Translations under genes and position numbers: made by a program | Source of the DNA: Octopus sinensis | Lineage: Eukaryota | NCBI RefSeq assembly: GCF_006345805.1 | Contig: NC_043009.1 | Span: 12,524,001 to 12,588,000 of the forward strand | Length of the DNA: 64,000 nt | Direction: 5' to 3' | The notes under the pieces: generated by a model | Databases searched by the model: none | The model's input: the letters and a program-made list of their open reading frames with translations, nothing else | What the model was told of the DNA's origin: nothing | Shown here: in pieces, positions 38,723 through 53,170 of the stretch | Position numbering within the stretch: the first letter of the stretch is position 1 | Layout: each line of letters starts with the position of its first letter

Positions 38723-38945
38723 CGTGTGTGTGTTTGTGTGTGTGTGCGTTTGTGTGTCTGTGTTTGTCCCCCCAACATCGCTTGACAACCGATGCTGGTG
38801 TGTTAACGTCCCCGTAACTTAGCGGTTTGGTAAAAGAGACCGATAGAATAAGTACTAGACTTACAAAGAATAAGTCCTGGGGTCGATTTGCTCGGCTAAA
38901 GGCGGTGCTCCAGCATGGCCACAGTCAATGACTGAAACAAGTAAA
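38268..38945 (+). mobile_element. SINE family A with a family B SINE nested in its (TA)n tract (~38440-38680, minus)
   Basis: Family A head 38268-38430, antisense family B, then family A second half. Confidence 0.9.
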
Positions 38946-40772
38946 AGAGTAAAAAGCATAAAAATATCTAATTATATATAATTATACCATGAAGAAAAAA
39001 ATAACATTAACTTAATGACTCAACAATTTCTTGTGAAATCTTTGAACTGAAACTCCATACATCACTCACCAGGCGCTCTTATAAGCAGATTATCCTCATC
39101 GTCATCATCATCATCATTGGACACCTGACGTCTTACTGTCAGGTGTCCCAGATGAATCAACTTCGTGGCAGGAAGTGCAGATGAGAGCAGCTGCATTAAA
39201 CTCTCTCGTGCCCCAAATGTCAATAGCTAAAAAGCATTCGTGAAGTAAAATTATGTAGCAACACCAAATGGCAGTGCCCCAGCATGGCCATAGCTCATGA
39301 GTTGAATCCAGATGAAATAAAAACAAAAATAAAATAAAATCGATGTTGTTGTCATCATCCCCATCATCATCATCATAATTTTTTAATGTCTGTCTTCCCT
39401 GCTGGCAAGGGTGGCACAGTTTGGTAGGATCATCAGAAAGCCAAAATGAAAAAAACTTCCTGGTACTTTTTGTCCATTGCCTTATGAATAAAGCTTACCC
39501 TTATCATTTCCAAGACCAGGATCAATAAAAAAAATTAAAAATGAGAAAACGCCCATCAAAATGGAGAAAATCCAACTGATCCAAAATTCCACCATTTATA
39601 ACCAATTTTTGAAAGTCCATGAAAGTTTTATTGAAACAGTGTCATGTCCCAAAATCTCAGGATTCTTTTAGTTCTTACCTATTACAAATGTGCCAAAATT
39701 CAAGTCCTTGTGGTTTGTACTTTTGGATCTAACTAGGTCTGGAAACACTGCAAAATCGATTGTTTGTGACATGTAACAAAATAGGCTTTACGTAAATATT
39801 TAAAAAATTGCCAAAAGCAAAATTTTTCTCTTTCCAAGAACTAGAAATAAATAATAACCAACCGCTATACCATGATCACTATTAATTTGTGTAATTCAAA
39901 GATGATTATCCCCTCAGTTTCGTAGATAATGACATCAATCACAAATATGGCTAATTATTCACTTAAGCCAATGAGGTAAGATTTTGACCAATTCATTACC
40001 ATTCAAATTGTCATATTTCCTAAAATACTCATCCAAATTTTCACAAATGAATTATCAAAATGTTTTTTTTTTTGGATGCTCTCCAAGAAAAAGTACAGTA
40101 GAAATTACATTTAAGTCATCATCATCATCATCACCATCATCATCACCATCACCATCACCATCATCCTCATCATCATCATCATCACCATCATCATCATTAT
40201 CATCACCATCATCATCATCGTTTAATGTCTGCTTTCCGTGCTAGCATGGGTTGGACGATTTGACTGAGGACTGGCGAACCAGATGGCTGCACCAGGCTCC
40301 AGTCTGATCTGGCAGAGTTCCTATGGCTGGATGCCCTTCCTAATGCCCCTTTCCTAATGCCATTTTCAAAAGTATTTTCAAAAATTCATAGTGATATCTA
40401 CTATTACTCCAGTTAAAAACTACTTGTGAGTAACTCATGATTTTTATTAATTGTAGCTGCTATGTGGTTGTAGTTGTTCTTTTCAAGTAACCTGCATACT
40501 CAATCACCGAGATGCTCATAGAGTAGAATAAATAATTATTCTTAAGAAAACTGAGTTTATTTTGAACACACATACAACTGAGTAATTTAATATGTGATAT
40601 TACGGAAGTTCGTATTTTCCCCAAATGCCATTTCTTCAGGTAATGCAGCTCTGAATATTTTAAATGATATTTTGACAACAATTTTACCAACATATGATGA
40701 GTCAATGAAGAGAGTAAGAATATATAATAAAGCTTAACTAACAGGATGAAGACTACTATATCGGGTGGATGT

Positions 40773-41032
40773 GGAGGTGCGTGGCTTAGTGGTTAGGGTG
40801 TCAGCACCAGGAAAGTAAGATTGTGATTTTGATTCCTGGACTAGGTGACGTGTTGTGTTCTTGAGCAAAACACTTCATTTCACGTTGCTCCAGTCCACTC
40901 AGCTGGCAAAAATGAGTAACACTGTGATGGACTGGCGTTCTGTCCAGCTGGGGTACACATTTGCCATGGAAACTGGGAAACTGGGCCCATGAGCCTGGCT
41001 AGGCTTTAAAAGGGCACATTTATTTATTTATT
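40773..41032 (+). mobile_element. tRNA-derived SINE related to 16457 and 53860
   Basis: GGAGGTGCGTGGCTTAGTGGTTAGG head; TTCTTGAGCAAAACACTT segment; TGATGGACTGGCGTTCTGTCCAG; (TTTA)n tail. Confidence 0.75.
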
Positions 41033-42283
41033 TTATATCAGGTGGATATATTTAGGTTAGCCTCAAATCAAACCTATTGATTATACACTCAAATTAATGC
41101 ATATCTAGCGGGATGGGTAACAGAAGATGCTGTTGAGGTAGAAGATGAAATAGGCATGTGGACGACATCAAAGTAAAACAATGGGAAAACATTGGATCAT
41201 GGTTTAAATAATTTATTTAATTGACCCTTGCATTTACATGGTGTATACACAAGGAAATCCGTGACATGACATTACCAACTTGCTTCGAGTTGGCGAAGTA
41301 AAAAATGAACAGAAGAAATACTGTGTCAGTGTGTTAAGGTAGAACCAGACATGTTTTGTGTCAGTGTGTGCGTTGGTCATTCGGTCATGTCTGTTAATGT
41401 TCTGTGACTGCTACTGTGTTGTGTCATTCATGCTGAATATGTGGTTCAGTGTTGGCTGCTTGACTGGTGCAAGTTAACTACTGTCTGTCGAATGTTTGCC
41501 TCTTGCTGGCTGTCTGGTTATCTGTCGTGTGTCTGACTGTATTCATAATGGTCATCCCAGCTAGAAGGACAGACATACCACAGGAGTAATTTCTACCTAT
41601 GTAGGTTGCTTCCAGTCCACTTGAACCTTAAATGACACAGCTCAGGTGGGAGGTCAAAGAGAAATCCATCCATCACTTTTTGACAGGACAAAGAAATTTC
41701 TTTCACACCCATTTGGCCAGTGGTGGATCAGACGAGTGAGAATCCTTAGATTTGGTTTCAAATCTCAGCTCTGAAAAAGAAGTGTTAATTTTTACACTCA
41801 AGTGTTAGATTTTTCACTTAAGTTGATGAAGGAAATGTTTATTCTTGTAGAGTAAATTACACTCTGTCCTCCCGGTTTGTCGAAATCTAACTCCAAGTAA
41901 GATATCAATTGTTCTATTGTTGAAATATTATGTAAGATACAATGCTGTTTATGGACAAGTGTTTATATACTTAAGTCCACATACAGCACTATACCATATA
42001 TATCATCAAAACAATAGACTGATTAATATCTTGGCGCCAGATTTCTAAAATTTTGCTGAATTGTAACATTAACTAGCATGTCTTACTGATAACAAAATGC
42101 TATTAATTTTAGTGAACGAAAATGGACTGGGCACTAGGGCTTATTTTTGGGGGGATGTCTTATATTTTTGCAGAAAAAAATCAAAGAAAGACAAAAAAAG
42201 TCCAATGTCCTAATGTAAAAGGAAAAAACTGTAAAAAGGAAACCCATGTTTTTAGTTATCAAAAGTTTATTTATTCACTTATA

Positions 42284-42712
42284 GGCGTAGGAGTGGCTGT
42301 GTGGTGAGTATAAGTGCTGGAGTGGCTGTGTGGTAAATAGCTTGCTTACCAACCACATGGTTCCGGGTTCAGTCCCACTGCATGGCACCTTGGGCATGTG
42401 TTTTCTACTATAGCCTCAGGCCAACCAAAACCTTATGAGTGGATTTGGTAGATGGAAACTGAAAGAAGCCCGTCATATATATGTATATGTATATATGTGT
42501 GTGTGTGTGTTTGCATGTCTGTGTTTGTCCCCCCCCCCATCGCTTGACAATCGATGCTGGTGTGTGTACATCCCCGTAACTTAGCAGGTCGGCAAAAGAG
42601 ACTGATAGAATAAGTACTAGGCTTACAAAGCATAAGTCCTGAGGTCGATTTGCTCGACTAAAGGTGGTGCTCCAGCATGGCTGCAGTCAAATGACTGAAA
42701 CAAGTAAAAGAG
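42284..42712 (+). mobile_element. SINE family A with duplicated 5' head
   Basis: GGAGTGGCTGTGTGGT occurs twice, at ~42289 and ~42318. Confidence 0.9.
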
Positions 42713-42844
42713 TATTGTTTTTAGACAAGTTTCGTCCTCCCCCGGAATATCGTTATAAATCATCAAACCCCGAACTTCAGACTGAATTTCTTGTAAATCC
42801 GTTTCCGGGTGTGAATGAGGTAGGAAGCATTCCAGTGAAACACA

Positions 42845-43949
42845 ACTGGAAATGACTGGCAGTGGACGTGCTGTACTGCTGGCAGGGGACATACCTTTCA
42901 ATGGTCGACTCTGGACCGGGGCGGTTGACCATATGGAGGGAGATGAAGACAGGGGACTGGGGAGGAAATCACAAGAACACTAAATGAAATATTCCTAGAA
43001 TGAGGCCCAGTGGATGAGCTGCTTGTGGATATTGGCACTGCGTTTCGCTTGGAGGTGCTGGGGGAAATGCTTAACAAGTGGCATGTTAGCCATTTCTTCA
43101 GGGCAGCATACTGGCTAAGTGGCAATGAGGTTGTGGAGAGGCATCATCGCACCATCAAGACCATAGCAGAGAGGGGCCACATCTCATTGGTCGAGGCCAT
43201 TTTTTTGGTATAATATGTCACCCAGGATGGGATAGGCTGAGGAGTGAGTTCCACACAGGCAATATTCAAGTATGAGTGGAGACATCCATGTACCACATCA
43301 CCACAACCCACAGAAAAGAAAGAGCATGCCTTTGTGCAGGTTGTGGAAGAAGTCTGTGTTAAACTCCCAAATGCGTGGTACACATCACAATGGGGAAAGG
43401 GGACAATAACCTCTGTAAATTCGAGGAACAATGCGTCAGTAGAAGGCATGCCATGCCATGTTTTTGGATGTGTGCAGGATCGTCCCTGCGATGGAGGATG
43501 GGGCCAACAGTAATGGACAAGGAGACGAAACCGGCAGCAACATGCCAGGAACTGAGGCTACCCTGAAGCCTCATGGTGGTCACAGAGCAAACGGTGCCCT
43601 CCTCACTGGTTGGCTGATTATGAGACAAGGCGTGTGGTCAGGGTTGAAGAGAGGGTGTGGGCAGGCTGGTTGAAAGATCTTCAGATCAGAAGTCATGTGG
43701 TGTTATGAGCCAGGCTGTGTTGTAGGAAAGGACTGGAAGTGAGGGAGTAGGTATGTTCTGTCGGAAGTGGGGCCCACTGGAAGGGCTGCAGTAGGCATGC
43801 AGAGTCAGCGAGGCACGAGTAGTCAGATGGCGGCAGACAGCGCATGAGAGCAGACATATTAGATGGTACGGCAGTGGACATAGCATGTGGACATTGAGTA
43901 AAACTTCCAGATCGAGACAGCATGTGGCCCGACAGGTAAGACTACCACA
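42845..43949 (+). mobile_element. Gypsy-type LTR retrotransposon 3' remnant (integrase, PPT, 3' LTR)
   Basis: LAVD...YLSMVDSGPGR...GPVDELLVDIGTAF...AAYWLSGNEVVERHHRTIK (DDE core, decayed); purine tract GAAGAGAGGG, then LTR TGTGG(43656)...CCACA(43949). Confidence 0.8.
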
Positions 43950-44333
43950 ATTCTCTCTTTGCTTCCATCTTTTTCCTCCTTCACATCACACTACTTACAT
44001 ACGTACGTATGTATGTATGTATGTATGTATGTCCATTTATTCAAAACTGAAACAAATTTCATGTGACCATTCATCACGGTGACTGACATTCAAATATCAG
44101 TTTTCATCAATCATCGTTTTCCATTTGGTTCGGTGTATTCGTGGAATGCTTTCCAAATTCTCGTACAGTGAGACAACAGGGTAACGCCATTAGTAGAAGA
44201 GGTTGGGAAAGTGAAAGGGGAGAGTAAAGTGTAGTTTCAGAATGAAACAGGGGGTGATAAGCTACGAGAAGTTAAGAGAAGGTAGTATCAGTTAACCATT
44301 TAGTATCTAATCCAGCCATATCTTGCCAAAATA

Positions 44334-44690
44334 TTGGGTTGTCCGGAAAGTTTGTGCCGATTTTTAAAGGAAAGAAAAAGGTCAATAAATACTTGCCATT
44401 ACATTTTTAATCAACCAAATATGAACCATTTTGTTGCACAATGCATTTCCATCTTTCCTTTAACTTGAAAATACCCTCTTCCCAGAATTGAGGTGGTTTC
44501 ATGGCAAAGAATTCATCAAGGTATCTTTTTACGTCATCCAAGGAATTGAAATTTTTACCATTAAGACTATTCTGCAGAGATCTGAATAAGTGGAAATCTG
44601 AAGGAGCAATATCTGGTGAATATGGAGGGTGGGGTAACACATCCCAGCCGAGCTGCAGCAATTTTTGTCTGGTTCCCAAAGCATCAAGTG
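44334..44690 (-). mobile_element. Mariner 3' fragment
   Basis: GWDVLPHPPYSPDIAPSDFHLFRSLQNSL (YSPDLAPSD motif) and terminal TA+TTGGGTTGTCCGGAAAG TIR. Confidence 0.9.
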
Positions 44691-45292
44691 CCGAAAATGA
44701 ACTTTCTTATCTTCCATTTTAAAGGGTTACAGAATTAACACAGGTTATAGGAACATAAACCTTCTCCCACGAAAAGATAGCTTAAACTGTGCTCTAAATG
44801 GAGATTCGTTTGTCTTAAGATCCAGAAGGGTGGGTATGCCTAGCTGATTTGTGTTAATTAATCGTCATTAAAAGATAATTTCTCTTGTATCTCAAACAGA
44901 TTGTTGCTTTCTCAAAGTATGGTACATTATTTTATTTTAGTACATTTACAGTATTTGTACGGTATTAGGTTAAGAAAACTTGATCTTTTCCTAAATTATA
45001 CTTTTATTTCTTTATATTTCTTTCATTTTTAAGGCAGTGAGCTGGTAAAATTGTTAGTACGCTGGACATAATGCTTAGCAGCATTTCCTCCGTCTTAATG
45101 TTCTGAGGTCAAATTCTAACAAGGTTGACTTTGCCTTTCATCCTTTCGGGGTCGAAAAATAATAACCAATCAAGCACTGGGTTGATGTAATCGATTTAGG
45201 CCATCCCCCCGTAATTGTTGGTCTTGTACCAAAATTTGAAATCAATATTTCTTTCATTTCTTATATATTCAAAATATTTAACGATAATTTTA

Positions 45293-45338
<46 letters not shown>

Positions 45339-45417
45339 TTGAGTATAGAAATTCGGGGTGAGTACTTGATAATTATAAGCACCTGTGTACACCGTTTGGC
45401 GGTGTAGGTGGTGGAGT

Positions 45418-45458
<41 letters not shown>

Positions 45459-46479
45459 GAGAGAGAGCAAGAGAGAGAGAGACAGACAGAAACAGAGATA
45501 GAGAGAGTTTTAATGAGCTTTGTAAGGTGCTATGCCAATTTAAAAAGTGATGATCAGAAATCCTGAGAATTCGGTTATCCGGGGTCTCTCTAGTTCCAGT
45601 GGTGCCAGATAGATGGGAGTTTACTGTGGTTATTTCACTTTATCTCAGGAGATATTTGAAGAGTTACATTTTTTCTCTACAGTTTTGGTCTGAAGAATGG
45701 GATTTTACAAAGCCTCCAAGACTGGTGAAATTGACACAATAATTGTTCCTCCTGAATAGCTTTAAGTTGATGGCTGCATGAAAGACATGAGCAGAAGAAG
45801 AACTCCAGAAAGCTGATCTTCTGAGGAGAAAAGACTGGGGGAAATGATTAGTGTGGGGCCCGGATGTTGGGTAGTAGACACAATATCAGTGATGATAGAC
45901 AAGTCAGGATGGTTTGAGTGCATTTGTGGCACAACACCAGTAATCTCTGAGAAATAGAATCCACTGTAATAGTGGCAGAAAAGCCAAGGAGAAGACTGGT
46001 TTGTCTATGAGCCACAATTTGAATTGTTTTGGCAATCAACTTCATAATAACAACCTGTTGGCTTTTTTTCCGGCAGTCTAGCAACAGCACTATCCCAGTT
46101 CTGAAAGCAGTATTCCGTTGTAGATCTCACTTAAGTTTTTTTTATAGGGTTATTAAATGCTAAAAGTTGAAGTATTTATTTTGATCTCTAGAACAGCTGT
46201 CTTTTGTCCATCAGCTTTCTGTAAATATAAAACTAACTGGTCTGATAGCACACGTGTATGGGTGTAGGATGTGCAAGTGTTACATGAATGTGGGCGTTTT
46301 TCAATGTAAGCATATCAAAGTTTCACACATTTTCTTACGTTTATAAAGTTAATGTGTTACAAACATCACCTAGATGTTGAAGCAGTAGACCCCCCCCCAC
46401 CACCACCACCTTTAGTCTGTTGAAGCAGTAAAACTCAACCTTTAGTCCTTGACACAACAAATGCTTGCTTGCTTGAAGG

Positions 46480-47100
46480 TTCCTCGGCTCTAAGGAAGAA
46501 AACATCCCTTCAAGTTGGTGAAAATGCTGATGTGCGTGGAGATCAAAAGCCAAGTGGCAGAGTTTTTCACTTGAGGGACAAGGCACTGATGAGCTGAAGT
46601 GATCTAGTAGCAGTGCAGCAGGCCTTGCTTGGCACTCATCGAACAATTGTGGGGACTTTGTTTCGACAGCTTCACAATCTTGACAGCAGATGGCTTGCTT
46701 TGATCTGTAGCAAGAATTTTCAGATCCAGTGGAGAAATGTTGCATTTCTGCAGGATGGCAGCAACTTGATCTTTGTATCTCTTCCTCTATCCTCCAAAAG
46801 ATCATTGGCCTTGAGTCAGTTCTCCTTAGAAGACAACACAGAATAGACGGAAGTGGGGCAGCTTAATGAGATGGTCAGTCCAGCAAAGTTGACGCTTGAC
46901 AATAACAGATTGCTGAAGGAGTTGCAACATTTCAAGGTGGTTCGATGTGGAACCATGTCTTCTCACGAGATGTCCAGGACACATCGAAGACACCTGATGT
47001 GAAAGGATTCAAGAATCTTTAGGTCCTTGCAGTAAGCCACCCAGATTTCCACACCATACAGAATGGATAAAACAGTGGCCTGACACACAGTAACTTCCAT
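46480..47100 (-). mobile_element. Decayed RTE (BovB-like) ORF2 3' fragment
   Basis: VLSILYGVEIWVAYCKDLKILESFHIRCLRCVLDIS*ED...GELTQG...RKRYKDQV. Confidence 0.75.
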
Positions 47101-47570
47101 GAGAATACTCTTTCACTTGTTTCGGTCATTTGACTGTGGCCATGCTAGAGCACCACCTTTAGTCGAGCAAATCGACCCCAGAACTAATTCTTTGTAAGCC
47201 TAGTACTTATTCTATCGGTCTCTTTTGCCGAACCGCTAAGTTACAGGGACATAAACACACTAGCATCGGTTGTCAAGCGATGCTGGGGGGACAAACATAG
47301 ACACACAAACATACACACACACACACACACACATACATATATATATATAAAAATCCTTAAAGTCCTTAAAAATATTTTAGCCCGAAGGCCGTGGCCATGC
47401 TGGGGCACGACAGGCTTCTTTCAGTTTCCATCTACCAAATCCACTCATAAGGCTTTGGTCGGCCCGAGGCTATAGTAGAAGACACTTGCCCAAGGTGCCA
47501 CACAGTGGGACTGAACCCGGAACCATCTGGTTGGTAAGCAAGCTACTTACCACACAGCCACTCCTGCACC
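47100..47570 (-). mobile_element. SINE family A
   Basis: Head and tail with a short internal insert. Confidence 0.85.
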
Positions 47571-47605
47571 TATACATAAAATATTTTAGCAATTTTTTTA
47601 TACAA

Positions 47606-49430
47606 TCTATATATCTAAAACAAAGGATGCGTATGTGTGTGTGTAGTACATATGCATTTCTACAGTTTTCAAACTTTACACGCACATTAATTATGTGTCA
47701 AGGGTGGTTATGCACTATAACATTTTGCCCAAGGCCCCGTGTACTGCGAGAAACCGACTAGGAGAAAAGATGTTTCACATGGATTTTTCTCTAAAAATTG
47801 CAGTCTTCAACCGATTCTCTCCCTTTGGTTTCTGTAGTTTTCAAGCGATTCTCTCCCTTTTCTGTCTCTATTTATCTCTCCTCTTTCCTATTCTCTCTGC
47901 AATATTTGCTCTCTTTAAGTCTTTGTTTCTTTCACTCACTCTCTCTGAAAATTGATTTCAGTGTATTTCAATTTTGTTGTGCGTAAATATCTTTTGTCTT
48001 CACACTATTGGTGCTTTCTCTCCTACATTACTTATTTAAAAAATTTTGCACTCCGTCTATTTAAATATACTATTTACATTTCCCCCCTCTATCGAAAACT
48101 ATTGTGATACAACCGATAAGTCTTCAGTACTAACCAATGAGAATTCAACCATGCCACTGAGCATTCATGCATAGCTCAAGTTTTTTCACTCAGGCTATTT
48201 TGTTCTACAGCTTTATACACTAAAATGGCATTTGTAATTTCTGCATACAAATTGACTTCTTTGTGGTATAATATCGTTTCACTTTCTAATGTGATAATAC
48301 TATAATATTGTTTCACTTTTATTCATTCACTTTTGCGTGTGCATTTGCGCATTCAATATGTATGAGATAATAAAGGACATTTTATACCACTAAGACGACG
48401 ACGTCACATATGAATATGTGTCTCTGAGTGTATATATGAATGTGTATGCATCTCTGACTGTGTTTCCGTGTTAGGTACGTTATTAAACATACACACACAT
48501 CTACACATACATATACACATATGACGACTGACATGCATGAATGTATATCTCTCTTATTGTGTGTGTTTGCACTCTCGTCACGTACGTTATTAAACACACA
48601 CATACATATATAACGAGAACAGCTGGAGGTGAAACCCTTGACAAATGACAATTATGTGGAAGGTCCAACTTATATGGAAATACACATCTAGCATTCATTA
48701 ACAGTTCATAATTAGTGCAACAGTTGCAAGGTATTTACAATTTGCTTATATTTGGTTACTTTATACTGCATACAAAAATAGAGATTAATGTATATTCTTT
48801 TATTCTTTTACTTGTTTCAGTCATTTGACTGCGGCCATGCTGGAGCACCGCCTTTAGTCGAGCAAATCGACCCCGGGACTTATTCTTTTTAAGCCCAGTA
48901 CTTATTCTATCGGTCTCTTTTGCCGAACTGCTAAGTGACGGGGACGTAAACACACCAGCATCGGTTGTCAAGCGATGTTAGGGGTACAAACACAGACACA
49001 CAAACATATACACACACATATATACGATGGGCTTCTTTCAGTTTCCGTCTACCAAATCCACTCACAAGGCATTGGTCGACCCGGGGCTATAGCAGAAGAC
49101 ACTTGTCCAAGATGCCACGCAGTGGGACTGAACCCGGAACCATGTGGTTGGTTAGCAAGCTACTTACCACACAGCCACTCCTGCTGTACATAATATTTTG
49201 TTTAAAATTTTGAAAAAAAATATGCCACCGAGGAAAAAACGTAATCTCTCTGGAAACACCTATAAAGCAAGGAGGATTGCAGAAAACCAAAGACGAGAGT
49301 CTCAAGAGATAAGGGACAAGAGACTTCCTCAACATCAGCAAAAGCATGTTACAGCATGTCAAATACAGTCTCAAGAGAGAAGGGAGATGACACTTTCTCA
49401 AGATCAGCAAAGGGCCTTCAAATAACCATA
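47606..49430 (+). mobile_element. 5' part of a Helitron-like element with N-terminal coding remnant
   Basis: Starts A|TCTATATATCTAAAA. ORF from 49222 (MPPRKKRNL...RRESQEIRDKRL...SQERREMTLSQDQQRAFK) resembles R/E-rich N-termini of animal RepHel proteins. No 3' end seen. Confidence 0.5.
48795..49186 (-). mobile_element. SINE family A, inserted in a Helitron-like remnant
   Basis: Full length. Confidence 0.9.
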
Positions 49431-52400
49431 ACTACAACATGAGTTTGTATTCATTGAATGTTGTCATGTTTCCTAATTCTTTGAACCATGGTTTTTCAAG
49501 TGAAAACAATTGTTATGATTGATATCTCAACTATTTAGCTGAATTTAAATGTGTGTACCCCTACTACCTTTCATTGCATTTAATTCCTTAATCAGTTGCC
49601 ACTTTTGTTTGCTTGATTGGGTATACAACTCATGTATATGAGAAATTACTAAAGTCTAAAGCTTTAAAAAAAAAGTTCACTTTTGGTTTTCATAAACTTT
49701 CTTTTATATTTTATTTTTTTATATTTATGTTATCAATTTACTCGGATATTAAACATGCATCTGAGCTATATTTAACCCTTTCGTTACTGTATTTATTTCG
49801 AGATGGTCTGTTTTTCTTTCAATTACTTTAAATACGACAAAAAATTTGGTAAAATAATTTAGTTATCATTAAGCTAGTGTTAGGAACATAAATTGTGACT
49901 AAGGTTTGGTGGAAGATTTTAATTCAAAACTCATAAAAACAAGACATTTGTACTCAGAACCAGAGCCAGTTTCAGCCCGGATGGTAACGAAAGGGTTAAT
50001 GAATAAGGTTTTGAGTTACACAAAAAACAAAATGCAATAAAAATCAGTCCAAATACATAGTTGTAGGGAACAATTTTATTCATATATTAACGAATTCAAT
50101 AATTAGTTCAAAATGCATTCAAATATGTACAGAATCATTTCCATTTAGTTATTACTATTATTATTTCATTAAAACTGAATCAAATTTTTCATTTAATAAT
50201 CAGACACATAAAAAAATAAATTAAAAAAATATTTCATCTTTTTATTCTTCATAATTGTTCCATCTTGTATCAGCAAATATAAAATTGGAAAAATTCAGCA
50301 ACTTATACATATTTCATGAATCAGAGCATTTTTGCAATCCCTTCTATTCCCTATCACTCATTATTGATATCCATCAGCCAGTGCCGCCTTGACTGACTTC
50401 CGTGCCGGTGGCACGTAAAAAGCACCAACCAATCGTGACCATTGCCAGCTTCCCCTGGCCCCTGTGCCGGTGGCATGTAAAAAGCACCCACTACACTCAC
50501 AGAGTGGTTGGCATTAGGAAGGGCATCCAGCTGTGGAAACACTGCCAGATCAGACTGGAGCCTGGTGCAGCCTCCTGGCTTCCCAGACCCCGGTCGAACC
50601 GTCTAACCCATGCTAGCATGGAAAGCAGACGTTAAACGATGATGATGATGATGATCACTCTTACACACTCTCTCTCTCACTTCCAATACTGCCCAGCAAC
50701 TTCTCTCTTGAATCACTGTTACTTTCTTCTTACATCACCCAGCCTCACACCGTCTTCCATTAGCCTTTTTTTCTATCAACACACTTTCTCGCTTCCATCA
50801 ACACCTCACCCCTAGTACCCTGATTTGTTTCTTTTGCTCTTGTTGCAGGGATTCAAACTCTAACCACTGGGGTACACAGTTAAGCAATACAAAAGAGCCA
50901 CCACAGTTTCACATGACTGATTTAAAAACTGTGGCATGATATGGCTTTCTTGAATGTTCTAGAATTCACCTGCTGTCACCATATAAGACTTTTTGGCATT
51001 TAACTCATTGCAGAGTATTAAGGTCAGCTGACCGATTGACACACATCACCTCAGCCAAGCAGACGGCCAATAGGCCACCTCGACCGTTTGCACTGACAAC
51101 TCCAGGAACTCGTTCACACCACATAACGTTCCCGATAACTTTCTACATTCACAAAGCAGTTTTTCTCTCCTCCCAGTTGACAATTATTAATATTGCTAAT
51201 TGTAAATAGTCAACACCAAAACCATTATGTCCAGCAATAGATATTCGAGATGACCATCAGGAGTTTGCTTCAGTCATCATTGATGCAACCAATGACACTC
51301 TGCACATACACTACTACAATAACAAAGCCATCCATCCTAACTATGGCGACTCAGGCATTTGAAGTATATCAACATTAACCAGTTCAATCTAAGCAATGCA
51401 CAGCCGTGCAGCAGCACTCTCTTCCATAACCTTTACACTTGGATCTCTACCAAGATAATCTCTGCGGTGCTGGTGTGAATAAAATACACCTACCACACTC
51501 TGATAAGTGGTTGGTAATAAGAATGCCTTCTTATTACATCTACGGTGTGGGTCGGTAACTAAAGCAAACAAAATAGAAAAACAAACCTTCACGCACTATG
51601 ATGACCCAGCCAGCCCTTACCAGCAGAGAAGAGCAGAACCAAATGATGAAGCTGATGATGATGATAATGTGCATTGCTTTCTGACTCTTGTTCTGGCATG
51701 AGGTAGTCAACATGGCTTGCTCTGATGTACAGTTAGATCAATTCCAAAACATGTTCTTTAGAAATGTTTTGGACAATTACTATGAAGCTAAAAATATATA
51801 CTTTGCCACAGTAAAAAACAATTTAGGATAACAATTTACTTATCAACTTCAAGCTCAGAACAAATAATAAAAAAGAAATCATTATCATGACTTTCATCTT
51901 GCTCTCACAATTAAAAAATGTTTCTATAATTATATTTATCATCGTCAATAGCAAAAAAAAAAAAAATAGTGTTGATGTAAATATCATACAATAATTAATT
52001 AAGCCACTTCTTTACAATCTGGGGAGAGGAGAAGTAGATTAAGTAAATAGTAGCTCAGCATTGAAGATAAAGAGACTACCAATATCTCTTTTCTTGGATC
52101 TGTTTCCTTGTGTCAGACATGGCTGTGGTTAGGAAGCTTACTTTTCAACCACATGGTTTCAGGTTCAGTCCCACTGTGTGGCCCCTTCTGCTATAGCCTA
52201 GGGCTGAATGAACCCTTGTGATTGAGTTTGGTTTACAAAAGTTCCCCTCATGTGTATACATGTGTCTGAAAGTGTTTGTGCCTCCTAACACAGAGGAGGG
52301 AAAACGCAACCTCATTTAGAAACAGGTGAGGGGTTGGCGACAGGAAGAGCATCCAGCCATAGAAAACCCACCACATCTTTTTCATCATTATCAACATCAA

Positions 52401-52580
52401 GTCCAACCCATGAGAGCATGGAAAACTGATGTTAGAGGATGATGATGTCAACCAACTTAGACAAGAATATAATTATTATTATTGCTGGATTTTACTATGG
52501 AATGAAGAGTTTTGAAACAGTTCCCACTTAAACTGACTGAAATAAGGTTTTTTGCTACCATGAGTTAGTAATCACATAAC

Positions 52581-52695
52581 ATTAGGAATGTGCATGAGAT
52601 ATTACATGCAATGATATCAGCATGTCAGGAATGTGTATGAGATATTACATGATATCAGGAATGTGCATGAGATATTACATGCAATGATATCACTG
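52581..52695. repeat. Minisatellite, 3 copies of AGGAATGTG(C/T)ATGAGATATTACATG
   Basis: Seen directly. Confidence 0.8.
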
Positions 52696-53170
52696 CAACA
52701 AAACTAACTGTAATGCAAAGGAGAATAGCAAAAATGAAAAGAACACAGCATTTCATGATCTCTAAGTACATGGAATATGACCCGTATCCGAAAATAAACA
52801 GACAATGTAAGATCATATGTAAACAATACACAAGATAGAATAACCTCTCAAAAATTGCAGAGGTAAATATAAATAATAATAATAAATAAATGATTTTTAT
52901 CTCTCATTAAACAAGATGGTGAAAAAACTTATCTAAAAGAGATTCTGAAGATGTAAAGTATACTAGCCATCTCAATATGGCTAACCACTAAGGGTGGGTG
53001 TTACTGTAGCTTGTAGCCCCAGGAGAACATCGTCTCCAGCTGGCTTTAGGCACACTTTCTTTGCCCTTATGGTATTTGCAAAGCGAGGTCATCCCTTTCT
53101 CATCAACCTAAGTGATATAATTGAAGAACTTAGAGTATACGGAAACTACATGGGAATATTACTAATACCA

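Noticed and set aside
49198-49425. Basic/Gln-rich ORF as a host gene
   Set aside because: Short, no splice context, lies in a Helitron-like remnant.
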